Counted from the stretch's first letter, positions 38,485-53,562 are shown. The stretch: 63,890 nt of DNA from Octopus bimaculoides (GCF_001194135.2 NC_068986.1:112162973-112226862); one strand, 5' to 3'. Notes: a model not told the origin generated them from the sequence alone. Made by a program: numbers and translations.

Positions 38485-38887
38485 TTAACATTTTAGCATT
38501 TCAACTGGTCAAACCTGACCCGAATATTCTACCTGTTTTCTACGCAGTGATAAGGACTGGCATCTCTCACTTACCCTACAATATCATTCTGAAAATAAAC
38601 AATCTCATCATTGAAAATTCGAACATTCAAAACAACATGAGCAAATAATTTTTACATTTCACAAAGTAATCTGAATGCTAAAGCTTTAAACCTGCCATAT
38701 ATGGCCATTATATTCGACCAGTTTTATGTTCGAAGTGGCTCCTCGCACTTACTCTAAATTGTCATTCTCAAAATAAACAATCACGACATTGAAATATGGA
38801 AAGTACGACATATTGCATGGTTAATTCTAGACGATGTGAATAAATAAGTATTACATTAGAAAGGGTAACGTTAATGCTAAAGGGTAA
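38485..38887 (+). mobile_element. piggyBac-like MITE, head-to-tail dimer
   Basis: ttaa-cattttagcatt start and aatgctaaaggg-taa end; two ~200-bp units share cactta.cta.a.t.tcattct.aaaataaacaatc and the aatgctaaag terminus. Confidence 0.7.
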
Positions 38888-39254
38888 TGGATCTGCTCAT
38901 CTATAACATAGCATTGGTTGTGCGGTGGACACAGCAACGGTTTCAGTCTTAGTCATCGCCTTTCCTTGTTTTGTGTTTCCCCTTCGCTGATCAGAATCGT
39001 AACAGATAGATCTCTGGGTGATGAGAGAAGGGACAGTTTATCGTAGAAATTCCTCATATTTCTTTTCTGTATAAACGTTTACACTTGTGGAAACTACTAA
39101 CCGTTTAAAAATGAAAGTAATGCACCGTCATGGAACATGTTCTGTAGTTTTATTTTATTTCTCTCTCTCTCTATTCAGTTGAAAAATGGATTCTCGAAAC
39201 GTTGAAAATAAACTTTTAAACTCTTCTTCGTGACATTTATTAATTTATCATATG

Positions 39255-39375
<121 letters not shown>

Positions 39376-39660
39376 AAATATATAGACGCCCAACGCTCCA
39401 CTCTGAAGACTGACGTTGGATTTAACTAATGTTTATATGTTTCCACTACTGGTTGCATATCCTTAACTTTTTTGCGAACTATATTTGCCAACATAATTCC
39501 GTAATCTCAAGGACAGGTAAACAGCTAACGGACCTGTCATACCTTACATTCTGCCCTTACTATTCTGTGCCTTTGTCCTCTATGTTACCCTGCTCTATTA
39601 ATATATAAACATCTAACTATCTTTACTTGTATATTCTTTCTCAAAATATTTTCAGTCTGA

Positions 39661-39845
39661 GGCGGCGAGCTGACAGAATAATTAGGACACCGGGCGAAAT
39701 GCTTAGCTGTATTTCGTCTGTCTTTATGCTCCGAGTTCAAATTCCGACTTTACCTTTCATCCTTTTGGGGTCGATAAATTAAGTACCAGTTGCGTACTAG
39801 GGTAGATCTGATCGACTGGCCTCTCCCCAAAGATTTTGTTCCTTG
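39661..39845 (+). mobile_element. SINE family A
   Basis: ggcggcgagctgacagaat..gagttcaaattcc (B box)..gggtcgataaattaagtaccagttg. Confidence 0.88.
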
Positions 39846-40084
39846 AGAATATTTTCACTCTTTGGCTTTTGTCTTATTTAAGTGAACATATAAGTGTAGT
39901 TTATATATCTATAGAAAGTGATTTCTTTATTTATTTACATCTTTATCACCTTGTCTACCCAACTGAATTCCACTTCTCTTTAACACGCAGACATCCACCT
40001 CGGTAAATATTTCGGAGTGTAGGTTCAAATTGTTTCAGCGCAACTAAATGTTTTCTATTTTGAGCATCTCTTGACCGCAACTGT

Positions 40085-40136
<52 letters not shown>

Positions 40137-40186
40137 NNNNNNNNNNNNNNNNNNNNNNNNNNNNNNNNNNNNNNNNNNNNNNNNNN

Positions 40187-40226
<40 letters not shown>

Positions 40227-40229
<3 letters not shown>

Positions 40230-40449
40230 CAAATCTCTGAACGAGGTATTAACAGTAACTGCACGACAAGGTGAAGTATATTTGCCACTTAAATGCGGCT
40301 GGACCCTAAGGGTTGATGTTACTGTTGCTTTTAGCCCCAGGAGAACATCTCCAGCTGGCTATTGACACACATCTGTGTCCTGTCTGTATTTGCAAAGGGA
40401 AGTCATCTTTCCCAGTTTGATCTGTGATACGCACGGACTCGAGTTCTGG
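40227..40449 (+). mobile_element. Truncated older copy of the long-TIR MITE at 63441-63833
   Basis: gtattaacagtaactgcacga..gccactta..gatgttactgttgcttttagccccaggag.acatctcc matches 63470-63680. Confidence 0.85.
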
Positions 40450-41087
40450 GTATATATATATATATACACATGCATAATACATACATGTGTATGTATGTAT
40501 AAGTATGAACACACAGAGACGTGCGTGTATATATATATAAGGTGCATATACGTCTGTGTATGATCGTAACTGTTTTATGGTGCAGATTCTGCAGAACTTT
40601 TTCAGCATCAGTTTGTAGAAATTTCATTCTGTTAAAATACACATTGTATACAAGGGATCGGAGATTTTTTTTTTGTTAATTTTTTTTTCTTTTCGCATCA
40701 AACCGAAATCCGACGCGTCTGTCTCATTTCTTGGATAAACAAACCCTGATTAGATGCCACGTCGACCAAGCACATTCTCATTAGAAATACAGCCGATCAA
40801 TCTGTCAAACCGGCATCCACATAAATTCCTCCGATCGATATTGTATTTTGTTTTGTTCGAAAAGTCACATAGAATAAAGTGATTCTTATCGATCAGTTTA
40901 CAATCATTATTTTAGATGTGGAGCTAACCAGAAAGAAAGACCAAATGCAAACATTCAAAATAAAATGATATAAATGTGGGAGATGGGAAGTAAAATATAA
41001 CTGGAAAACATTATGGCTGCGTGTGCATGTGTGCACACACGCACACATACTCACACTTACACACACACACACACACGCACACACACA

Positions 41088-41169
<82 letters not shown>

Positions 41170-44100
41170 NNNNNNNNNNNNNNNNNNNNNNNNNNNNNNN
41201 NNNNNNNNNNNNNNNNNNNNNNNNNNNNNNNNNNNNNNNNNNNNNNNNNNNNNNNNNNNNNNNNNNNNNNNNNNNNNNNNNNNNNNNNNNNNNNNNNNNN
41301 NNNNNNNNNNNNNNNNNNNNNNNNNNNNNNNNNNNNNNNNNNNNNNNNNNNNNNNNNNNNNNNNNNNNNNNNNNNNNNNNNNNNNNNNNNNNNNNNNNNN
41401 NNNNNNNNNNNNNNNNNNNNNNNNNNNNNNNNNNNNNNNNNNNNNNNNNNNNNNNNNNNNNNNNNNNNNNNNNNNNNNNNNNNNNNNNNNNNNNNNNNNN
41501 NNNNNNNNNNNNNNNNNNNNNNNNNNNNNNNNNNNNNNNNNNNNNNNNNNNNNNNNNNNNNNNNNNNNNNNNNNNNNNNNNNNNNNNNNNNNNNNNNNNN
41601 NNNNNNNNNNNNNNNNNNNNNNNNNNNNNNATATATATATATATTGTATTTTATGATATTATATGTACGTATGTACGTATGTTGTACGTATAACGTAAAA
41701 TTGCATAGAATTTTCTTTTGGAAAGGGACAAAAAAGACGAACAAAATATAACAATTTGTGATATCTAAAGAAAGGAAACAAAGAAGTAAAGATAGAGTAA
41801 ATTCTTTCGGATTACAATGGAAAATAGAGGCAGCAGCAACGAATCTATCTTTCTTTGTTTGTATTCACTTTACGTGAGGTGGAAGCGTCGCATATAGATA
41901 AATCGTAGATAAACAAAGACGCCTGACATGGGCACGTAACGTGCGCAAGTAAACGCAGATACAAATATGAGCAAGAGGTAGTCACTAAAACCTCATTTCG
42001 ACCCAAAGAGACGGAGTTAAGTTGAATCGATGGGGAATACGAAAGGAACCGGAGAGACAGAGTGATCCCGAAACGGAAAAGTCTAGCATTGTTCTTCGTT
42101 GAGTCAAATGATTCTGTGTTGGGATTTCCTCGAGTGGACAAGTGTCTCATTCATTATTCAATCATTCAAGGCCCTTTGATTTTGTCGTTGGATACATACA
42201 TAACTACACACATATGTAAATACATACATAATTACACACACATGTTTATGTATATATATATATATATATATATNNNNNNNNNNNNNNNNNNNNNNNNNNN
42301 NNNNNNNNNNNNNNNNNNNNNNNNNNNNNNNNNNNNNNNNNNNNNNNNNNNNNNNNNNNNNNNNNNNNNNNNNNNNNNNNNNNNNNNNNNNNNNNNNNNN
42401 NNNNNNNNNNNNNNNNNNNNNNNNNNNNNNNNNNNNNNNNNNATATAAAAGAAATAATTAAGATACATTTGAATTAGGTACTTAAGTTGAAGCACGAAGT
42501 CAGTCTTATATCAACCGTACAGCTCGAAATAAGGTGAATAAAATCAAAATGAGCTACAGCATATGAAGTATTAAAGCAGTACGACCGTTTCAAGCAACTC
42601 TAATTAAATGAACAATGCAATCATTACATCAATTTAAATGCAGTGCTATCTTCAGCCGCACAAAATATAGACACTTTTTCACAAGCATGTCACATTAATA
42701 TAATTTTTCTTAAATAAGAGAGTAAGAAAATGGAAGAAATTCATGTTGTCACTATTGTAGCAGAGTGGTTAAGAATAGACTGACTTTTCTTAGAATCACA
42801 TGGAGCATAGTGGGGTCATAGAGTTGTAATTGTTGTAATTCATTTCTGCTTTATTTATCTCTTTATCCGCTATTAAATCTGGGATTATAAGACTGTGTTT
42901 ACTTTGAATAAAGAACAAGAGTGATCTGGCAGCTCATGGCTATGTGTGGTCGGAAATATTACCATAGCTAAAGGAAATAAGACGTTACAAAGAGTCAATT
43001 TGACGGAAGTAAATATCTATAGGGGTAGACTTTAAATCATGATGTTCATTAGCTTTACGGGGGCAAGGCACTAAGAAACTTAAGATGCTGATACAGGGAA
43101 AATTTATTAGGGGCACGAAGCGGAAACATTTATAAACAGTATTGTTGTGTTGTATAAAATAAAATTTAAGAATTCTAAAATGAGATCATAACCAAAATAG
43201 CTAAGAGGTGTGTATGTATCAATTATAAACTTTAAAAAGGAGGATTATGTAGAATCAGTTTAATAGCCGTTCTTGTACTTAATTAATTAATAAGTGATTT
43301 CTATAAAGACGGCTCAAGGCACGTATATATGGAATATCTGGAAAGATATACATAGTATCTACTAATTTTAAGCCATAAATCAGATGCGGGATATTGAGAT
43401 AATGGTAATACATAGACATATTTAAGCATAACTTATAAAAGCTAAAGTATAAACAATATAAATAGACGAAAAATGTGCTGATATAAGTATGTGTAAAGTG
43501 CAAAATAATGCATACAAGCACATAAACAAAGAGTGGTTTTTGTTTTTTATATATGTACATGCAAACTCACTTACACATGCACACACACACACACACATAC
43601 ACATACACGCACACACACACACACACGTATATATATATATATACATATACACAAATATTTATTCGCCGATATGAATATAGTATAAGCATCTTGCATAGAT
43701 CTATGTAACTGAAAAATATCAATTTAAGAACGAAAAAAAAAACAATTTATAAGGGATAAGAGGTTAAAAAGTAAGGATATCAAACTAAGAAAACAAAATA
43801 ATAAGACATATATATAAAGAGAAAAGGGATTAAAATTAGAGACAGGGAACAGATAAAGGTAACCTGAAAAATGCGGTAATAGGTTTGAAAGTAGTGAGGG
43901 CAATTACAGGTATTGTAAAATACAGGTGTTATTGTATGTATGATTTTATAGTTTCTAGGGGGTATATGATATAATCGAAAGGAGACTTACATAAAGACCC
44001 TACAAGTATACTTAATATGACTAGTAAGGTAGAACATCATAGAAAGGAAAAATTGTGTAATCACCAAAATAGGATGAAGTCAGAGTAACTAGGCAGGGGG

Positions 44101-44874
44101 GATCATGGGATAATACTAAATATTGCACACTATATGACACAACACATTTAAATTGTAGTCTATTCTTAGATACATATATATATATATATATATANNNNNN
44201 NNNNNNNNNNNNNNNNNNNNNNNNNNNNNNNNNNNNNNNNNNNNNNNNNNNNNNNNNNNNNNNNNNNNNNNNNNNNNNNNNNNNNNNNNNNNNNNNNNNN
44301 NNNNNNNNNNNNNNNNNNNNNNNNNNNNNNNNNNNNNNNNNNNNNNNNNNNNNNNNNNNNNNNNNNNNNNNNNNNNNNNNNNNNNNNNNNNNNNNNNNNN
44401 NNNNNNNNNNNNNNNNNNNNNNNNNNNNNNNNNNNNNNNNNNNNNNNNNNNNNNNNNNNNNNNNNNNNNNNNNNNNNNNNNNNNNNNNNNNNNNNNNNNN
44501 NNNNNNNNNNNNNNNNNNNNNNNNNNNNNNNNNNNNNNNNNNNNNNNNNNNNNNNNNNNNNNNNNNNNNNNNNNNNNNNNNNNNNNNNNNNNNNNNNNNN
44601 NNNNNNNNNNNNNNNNNNNNNNNNNNNNNNNNNNNNNNNNNNNNNNNNNNNNNNNNNNNNNNNNNNNNNNNNNNNNNNNNNNNNNNNNNNNNNNNNNNNN
44701 NNNNNNNNNNNNNNNNNNNNNNNNNNNNNNNNNNNNNNNNNNNNNNNNNNNNNNNNNNNNNNNNNNNNNNNNNNNNNNNNNNNNNNNNNNNNNNNNNNNN
44801 NNNNNNNNNNNNNNNNNNNNNNNNNNNNNNNNNNNNNNNNNNNNNNNNNNNNNNNNNNNNNNNNNNNNNNNNNN

Positions 44875-44910
<36 letters not shown>

Positions 44911-45485
44911 GCATATATACATACATACATGCATACTTTTATGCATACGCACATATGGACACATACATATGCACACACACACGGCGTATTTATTCGCTTT
45001 TCGCCTTGGTTTTCGCTTTAAATTGAATATTTCATTTCCTAGCGTGTACTCCCATTACAATCATAACCCAGAAGCCAGTATATATTTATATCTGGCACAT
45101 CTATTACTCAATATATTTAATATCTCCCTCGTGTCACTAAACAACAATGGCAACAACAGCAACAAAAACTCATTGTTCGTCTTCCTTATAACTACACGAT
45201 AATGTAATGTCGCAATAATCACGGCAAATCTTGTAATAATTTTATGCCTCCATTGAAAGTATTTAGTATCCTGACATGTTAAAACGGCTGTTATATTGCC
45301 TTGTATTTAGTTTATTCTCCATGGTGTCATCGTCAATGACAATATATAGAGAGATGTGTTAATATACAGTCTACAATAGATAAAAGCTGACCGATCAATG
45401 TACTGAGTGTATTAAATGTTTATAAAAGACATATATTTAATATATTTAGTACAGACCGTTCTGTGTTATTATTTATACAAAGCAA

Positions 45486-45680
45486 GGCGGTGAGCAGGTA
45501 GAATCGTTAGTACGTTCTGCAAAACGCTGAGGTTCTGCGTTCAATTGCCGCCGTGGTCGGCTTTGCCTTTGATCCTTCTCGGGTCGGTAAAATAAGTACC
45601 AGTTGTACACTGTGTCAACATTATCGACTTCCCTCCTTCCTCGAAATTGCTGTATTTGTGTCAAAATGTTAAACTATTAT
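45486..45680 (+). mobile_element. SINE family A, internally shortened
   Basis: ggcggtgagc..agaatcgttag..gcgttcaattgccgccgtggtcggctttgcc..aaataagtaccagttg. Confidence 0.8.
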
Positions 45681-47349
45681 TTATCGATCGTAAGCTTGCG
45701 TGCAACTAGATCCGTTAAGCACACCTAGCTCATATAATCTGGATACGAAGACAGAAGTTCAATTTAGAATCACCCCTAATGATTTCTTTTTTGCTTGTTT
45801 ATTTCTGTACTTTATGTTTTGATTCGAATTGTAATTTGCATCTCATTATATGTAGGGATTTAGTTTCCTCTCTAAACTGCTGAAAATGACATATCATTTG
45901 GGGTATGCATTCTCACACTGAGTGAAAGGACGAAGGACTTGTTTAAACAATCACCTCAAGAGGTGCAATTACACCTTGGATGCTTGATAATGCTTACACA
46001 ATATCTCACAAATGAACTACAAGTATCAAAATGTAACGAAGCAATTGAAATATTTTAAAATACAGAATGCTGTTCATTCTATCAGATAAATAATGTCGTT
46101 CATTCCATTCTACGGATACGACGGAATTTCTGTTGGTGTATTTAGTAGGAAGTGCACTTAACTGTATGACATTAGGTAACCAAATACTGTGAAGGAGTTT
46201 TGCACAGCATTCTGCAAGACTTTTACTCGTTTCTTATTTGAGGACGGTATCATTAAATCGCGGACATGATACTGTACTCCATGTACCGACGGTGTATGGC
46301 ATTTTTGAACATCTACGAAGGGCATACATGGTATTGAACATGTCACGCCCTACAATCTCGATGTGCTGGATCCGCTCATTGTCAGAACACATGACAACGA
46401 CCCACAAACTGTGGTGAAAGTGCACCCAACAAATCGACTTTTTCAGATCTATCAAAAATTAATCTCTGACATAATGAAATGAAAACATTTTTCACAGAAA
46501 TACACCTCTTGTGTTTCTTTTGCGACTCAGTGTATACCAGTGCTATTCACTGTTCCTAGTTCACGGACTTCCCGGCTATTTACAATTCACATTCCCTGTT
46601 CTAAATTGATATGACTTTTATCAATACTTTTTTTAATATGGAATTTATAGTAAATAATTCCTATAAATTCAAATATATTAAGATATTTTGGGATTTCTTT
46701 GCTCGAATTAATGAGAATTGTTTGTGCTGAGGGCATTAACTTTCTACGATCTCTTCTGCAGTTTTGTTCATTATAAACAGCATTTCAATTTTCTCAGGAA
46801 TCTAAAACACCAATTGTTTCCTTCCTTATATAGCTTCTCTCCCTCTCTCACTTCTTTCAACGTAAACAAGACTTTGAATATCTGGAAACAAAAGACAACT
46901 TTCGCGATGATACATACACACATAAATACATAGATGCATATGTGTATGTGTGTATGTGTGTATGCGTACGTGTGTGCGTATGTATCAACATTAAAAACCA
47001 CATATACTTAACGCACACAGCAAGTGTGTTTCCCTGTAAACTACATTTTAGCTTGGTAGAGAAGACTCTCTCAAAAGCGCTGGGTGTCAAAAGCCACAAT
47101 GATAGCGAAGCACAACTGTCTGATATTACAGATGGGTTATCTAACCTGTCTATGACTTCCTGGTCTTTTCACAACCTGCGCTTTGTGAGAGTTGTCTTTA
47201 CCACACCATACCCAACCTACCGGTAAATACACAGAGCATATATATATTTCAAGAATGTTGTTGATAATAATTATCACACAGACACTGCTTCTATTTTATC
47301 TCTTTCTCCCCCCCCTCTCTCTGATTGAATCTCCCGTCGAGGGCGACAT

Positions 47350-47620
47350 ATGACTGTTTAGCTTTTGCCGAAGGACCTGCACATATGATTTGTTACTAGT
47401 GATTAAGTGTACGTGCTGTACATTAGCTCTCGCTCCTTGAATCAAATCTGTGTTGGCTCAACAAGTGCGCAGTGTACCATTTGTCAGATGTCGAAGCGAT
47501 TGCAGAGCTACGTGAGATGAAATGCTCTGCTCAAGAACACAACACACCACCTGATCTAGGAATTAAATCCATAATCTCTGGATCTTGAGTGCTACGCAGT
47601 AGCCACTACGCCATGCGACT
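47350..47620 (-). mobile_element. tRNA-derived SINE with Meta-like segment
   Basis: Reverse complement gcatggcgtagtggct (A box)..gtgttgtgttcttgagcagagcatttcatctcacg. Confidence 0.65.
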
Positions 47621-49999
47621 TCACACACACAAACATACACACATACACAGCACGTGAAAAAACACACACAAATACTCATTCTTAACCAACTAGTGAGAAA
47701 ATGTTTTGTAATTCTATAACTTGTTTCTATTTCAGAGCTATTACTGCCACTGCTGCTATTTCTTAGTAAGACTCAAAAGCCGAAAGAGCTCATCTATGGC
47801 GAAAGTGAAGTGACTAATTTTTCTCAGCCCAGATCAGCCCCGACAGAATATACGCGTGATCAAATGCAGAACAGTCATGTAGTTCCGCACCTATTAAATA
47901 CGAATAAACTACCTGGTCAAACGCAATTCATTTATACAGTGACTTTACTTACCACCAAATGTTAAACCAAATATGACTTATTCTGTCTCACTGTTTTCAT
48001 TTTATTCTCAACTTAAAATTGTTTTCTACAATCTCAAAATTCTTCTAAACGTAAGCACTTTCTTTTCGTTACTTCCGTGGGTATCACTGTAAAGCTATCA
48101 CTCTCCGGGTATTTTCGGTATTCAAATACGTGTAATAATTCTTGATGTTCAAACTCTTCTTCTCAATTTACAAGGAGATTGGTTGAAATGAAATCCAAAT
48201 CAATTACACAACCTGAACTTTGTTGGATTCTTATTCCTTTGGAATTATCTCTTCCACTCGTATATAACCAAACACACCAGACATTAAATCTCCAAGTGGC
48301 AAAGTGGGTATCGCAGTAGGTCAGATGTCTATGAAGTTGAAACCTCCCTCTACAACACCCAGGGCTGTAGCAAGGTGCACACAATCACCAAATGGGAATC
48401 GTTCACAGATCACCACAACGCAGACAACATAACTCTAGGCAACCCAATCATTAACATTATACAACTCAGATGTTAAAATCCCTCACCTCTCCTTACACAC
48501 ATTAACAGAGTTTAACCAGGTAGAAGCACGACCAGGTTTCACTGATTGTTTCAGATGATTATTGAAATGTAAGCAAATAGAGGTATGCTCTCGAAACAAC
48601 CAAACCAGGCTCAGCATACCATCGATGATGTGACTGATGGAAAGGAAGCTGCACCATTTCCCAATCAATTACATTTATGTAGACCGCTATGCATTCAACA
48701 AACTTCTCATCTGCTTTGCTCAATGGAAATTGCATCTCCGTCGATTAAAGCTCCAGCTTTTGTTGTTTATTTTACTTCATAATTTACATTCAACTTCCTT
48801 TCCCAAACTGACCTCCACCTCAAGAACAGAATCACCAAATATAACGATATCAATGACAAATAGAACAAAAGATGTTTGTTAAAGTTTCAGTCAGTCCCAC
48901 CGTCTCTTATTAGCGCGTGGTATCCTGATGAAAATTATTTATTCACCTGGGGTTTAAGATTTCTACCTCTAAGGAAAAACTAGTCTCAATATGAATACAT
49001 ATTTGATCGTGCCAATACAAAATATTGCACCAACTTTCAAGCTTAAAAACGAATGGAGACGATTTCAAAAGAAGCGACTTCCTCATTTTTCCGTCTTGAC
49101 TGAAATAGCATATTATATAATTGTGATTGGCAGGAAAGGCAATAAGCTTAGGAGCTTCCTCTCTATCGAATCTGCAAGTATCAGTCTTCCTTGTCAAAAC
49201 ACTCCTGTACTTTGTACGTTGACAATCTCATTCTTAGCGACACACTATGCAGAATGATTTAATACAATGCTCGCCGCCGCCCTAATTTCCCCTCTTTACG
49301 TTAATGTCTTTCTTGCTTGGTTTAGCCACTGATGGCTGCTATGTTGCTGTGAATTAATGTATTTATTCAGCAGCAATTAATACAAATTTCTTAATGCAAA
49401 GATAACCACTTAGACGGTGACATGCTAGCTGAAGTATGTACAGAATCTCAACACAAGTAAATACTGGTCTGTAACACGACTGACCTCTTCAAGCCAACGG
49501 AATGAATTTAAATGTCAAGTAATTCTATGACTGGCAGGTATCACTAATCGAAATATTCAGCAAAAATTCCTAATTGATTGAATAACTCAGCTGAATATTA
49601 TTGCAAATCCATCAGAATTTCGAGAGACATTTAAGTAGTTCCACATCGAATGGATCTGGGGAAATACACCAGTAAGGTTTCCAAAGATTAATAAGAGAAA
49701 TGGTTATTTTGTACCAGGTCTGCAATTACTTCCAGTTATAATAATCCAGGCTTTTATTCAAATACAGTTTAGCTAGCACTATATTATCCAGTATTTAAGA
49801 TGATAGGGCGTGATTAAGATATAGAATTATAGGCTAATTCCTGCAGGCTGAAAGACCATGAAGAAGGCTGTTGGTGGACAAATCCAGATACATTGCATTC
49901 GCCTGTTAAAATTACTTGCATGTTATACATTCCTAAAATTACACATATAATATCTGTTTCAAATTATGATACAAAACCAGCAATTCCGACCCCAATGCT

Positions 50000-50090
50000 T
50001 AAAGGGTACTTAGTTTACCGAATCGCGAAAGGATGGAATCAAATATCGAACCCGGCAACATCTGAACTCAGAAGAAATGCCGCCTTAAAT
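50000..50090 (-). mobile_element. SINE family A remnant
   Basis: Reverse complement gcggcatttcttctgagttcag..ccatcctttcgcgattcggtaaactaagtacc. Confidence 0.5.
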
Positions 50091-51329
50091 ACAATCTAAG
50101 ATTAAATAGTATAAGCGTGAGGGGATCGTGGGATTTAGTTCTGAAAACTATACTTGGTATCAGGTATAAACCAATGATTTTTAGAGAGACAACGTCGTGT
50201 AGTATCTCACTTGAGAATAAAAAAATTAAATCTTTAGTATATATAATTCTAAATTAGCAATAGACACACTTGACATTTTCACACTCTCTTGTGAAACAAA
50301 TTGATATTTGTGCATTTTATTTCACTGTGTTATCATAATAACTAAAATAACAACTTCGTAATTCATTGGTGTTATAAGAAGAATTACGCTATGGTGTAAT
50401 GCATGTATAGGCGACCGTTTTTTGAGAAGCGCCATTACCAGGCAAGCCGCACTACTAAAAGATTTCAAGGATATATATATTTTTTTTTCAGAAAATCCAG
50501 TTCGACATGATAGGTTCATGGCGGGTTTAGAATCAATATCCCAGTCGGCAGTATACTTTACACTGTTTTGCTGCCAGAATTTATACAATCGGCGTGAGAC
50601 CATCTACGCTTTATGAAGAGATTTTATATATAGTCACCTTATTTGGTTAAAGGCTGATGCAGGAAACATACGGACATTAAATAAGTCGGAAAAATGCGGG
50701 CGATAGTCACGACAATTGATGGAAGGGGGGTGGAAATGTTCCTTGGTCTTTTAAGACTTGCAAATCCTTTTGAACCATTTAAAGAAGAGTCGCGTTTGCC
50801 TCATCATCAATCTATTAATTCCACATAGAGATCGACCAGTAATTGTTGAAGTTAAACCTCAACCATAGAAATATCACAAGTCAGTTCGCCTGCACAGATC
50901 TTAGGTACGACCTCATTTCTCATGATTAATTTATAAAACAATATTCAATGTAACCAATGAAAAGGTAGCATACACATTTTTCTGTTATGATGGCATCAAA
51001 ATTAAAGAAATAATAAGTATTCAATAAAATTCGAGATCAATTTAATATACGCATATTTGAAAGTAGGATCTTTATTAATTTATTAGAAACACCTAGAATG
51101 TGCATTAATTTAGTGTTTGAATGCACACACAAAGTACACACACACACACACACGCACGCAAACATGCACGCACGCGCACACACATACAAGCATGCGCATG
51201 AAAGCAAACGACAGTATAAACGTGTATGCAATTACACCCATCCACATATATATCCACACAGCTACATTTATGTATTATATGTTTATATGTATATATATGT
51301 ATGTATATATATATATATATGAATGTATA

Positions 51330-51372
<43 letters not shown>

Positions 51373-52604
51373 ATACATATACATGTTTATGATATTATAT
51401 ATACGCACATGTATATATAATATACATGCGACCGCGCTACTGTACGTGCGTGTGCGTGTGTGTGCACACATGCGAGAGTATATATATGCATATACATGAA
51501 TAACCGTTCATGTATATTTTTCTATATTATACAAATGAATATATACGTGTGTATATGTGACTTTCTTTCTATGTCCCCCAACCAGTCTGTCTGTCTTTTG
51601 CATGTCTCTCTGTCTCTGTCTCTCTCCCTATCTATATATAATACACACAAACACACACTTACCTACACACAATTACACATGCATAGTAGATATTTTCCAG
51701 TGTGTATGTAGCAGTATATATGTACTTTGTATAGAAATGTGTGTTATAACTTATGAAATTAATACATTTATTTTATGTTTGTCGTATGCACAGAAAAATA
51801 ATTAGTTTTCCATTGTATATCAAATATATTTGCTTTTCCGTTCGTTTACTTTCATCTGTCTATATAAATATATAAACATTTATTTTGGTGCTTTTCAATT
51901 AAGTATTAATTCGACCAATTAGCTCGTTCCGTTGTGCTCTTAATGATGACGTCAACATATCTTCAACATTTGTCTCGTTGCAAATATACATGACGATCTC
52001 AGTGTATAAATATCCAACATTACTGTGTCCGATATATTGTTTCCGTTTTAGATATGTACGTGTTTGTGTGTGTGTGTGTGTGTGTGTTTGTGAGAGTATG
52101 AATCTGCTCTTATATGTTCACACGTGCATTATGTTATTAAACATATATATTTACATCTATTTCTATGTGTATATGCATATGTTAGACGCATACACATTAA
52201 TATGTACATATGTACTTACTATATACACATACATATATATGTATATGCATAAAAGTGCAACAATATATGTGTATGTGTAAGTGTATGTATGTATGCTTAT
52301 GCGTGTGTATGTATATATAATACATATACATATACATGTATACATCTATATACAGGAATGTTTGAAATACTGAAGAAGGCATGCGCTTTACGAGCAAGTT
52401 ACGCACTATATGAAAATACCTTCCTTAAAGGTGTGTAAAATTCTTTTTTAAAGAATACTTAATTCTTGTTAAGAAATAATTTTTTCCATTGTGACTGCAT
52501 CAAGTATTATTTACTATAACATATATCTGTCTAATTTTGTTTGTGTACATAAGTACAAGTGTGTGTCTTATGTATGTATATATGTATGTATGTCATTATC
52601 CAGT

Positions 52605-52990
52605 TTATTTCAAGATTTCTTGCCAATGAAAAAACAAGCGGTTTCTAACCTAGAACCAATGTTCCTTAACTGTAATTTCAACACCAACAATAGAGTATTT
52701 TCGTTTGAGTGTATGGATGTATGTGTATGTGCAGATTTGTATGTCTTATGTAAATATTCTCATTCATATGGTTGCATATCTAGACATGATAAACTCCTGG
52801 AAAGTTTTACAGATTGTTACAGGTTCGGGGATGGACTGGATCTGTAGTCTTCGAAATTAGCTTCCTCCTTTCCGGTTTTGTGAATCGTAATTCCTCAAGA
52901 TTGGTATTTAGGCAGTGTGTTACATATCCCAGGGCCCTACTATTTGCCGGTATAAACCTGAACTTGTAATCTGGATAGAGTAACTGCATA
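52605..52990 (+). repeat. Unclassified interspersed repeat, copy 2 (longer)
   Basis: Homologous to 33175-33410 and extends further 3'. Confidence 0.7.
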
Positions 52991-53489
52991 TGTACGTATA
53001 TATGTATGTATATATGAATGTATGTATGTATGTATGTAGGTACGTATATAAGTAAGTATCTATGTATGTATTTATATATGTGTGTATTGTTGAAGACATA
53101 TTTCCCACAGTGCATCAAATAGTTAATGTATTTTTTTATGATTCACTTTAGCCGTTGTTGTGGTTATAGAATCCGTCACAGAAAAACATTTAACTTTTGT
53201 GACGTCATCGGATGTTAGTAAATGGAAACCTACGCAGGAATTTGCAGCACCAGTAAAATACATTGCAGTTGATAGCGGGGAAAATTGAAGAAAGGAAAAA
53301 TCGTGCCGAAAAATTGGTTTCTATTTCATTGCGCGCCTCAAAGAGATCTAATGATGGCAGATAACAATTATACAGCAATTTAAAATCAACTAAATTGCCA
53401 GTGATTTAGATACAGAATGAGCTAGTCGGCTATAAATACACACATCCACACATAGATATTTCTGAACACATGTATGTATGAATGCATAT

Positions 53490-53530
53490 ATCTATCTAAT
53501 TATCTATCTATCTATCTATCTATATATATA

Positions 53531-53562
<32 letters not shown>

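Noticed and set aside
48160-48880. Possible decayed LINE C-terminus
   Set aside because: Only vague resemblance with many stops; no diagnostic motif could be read
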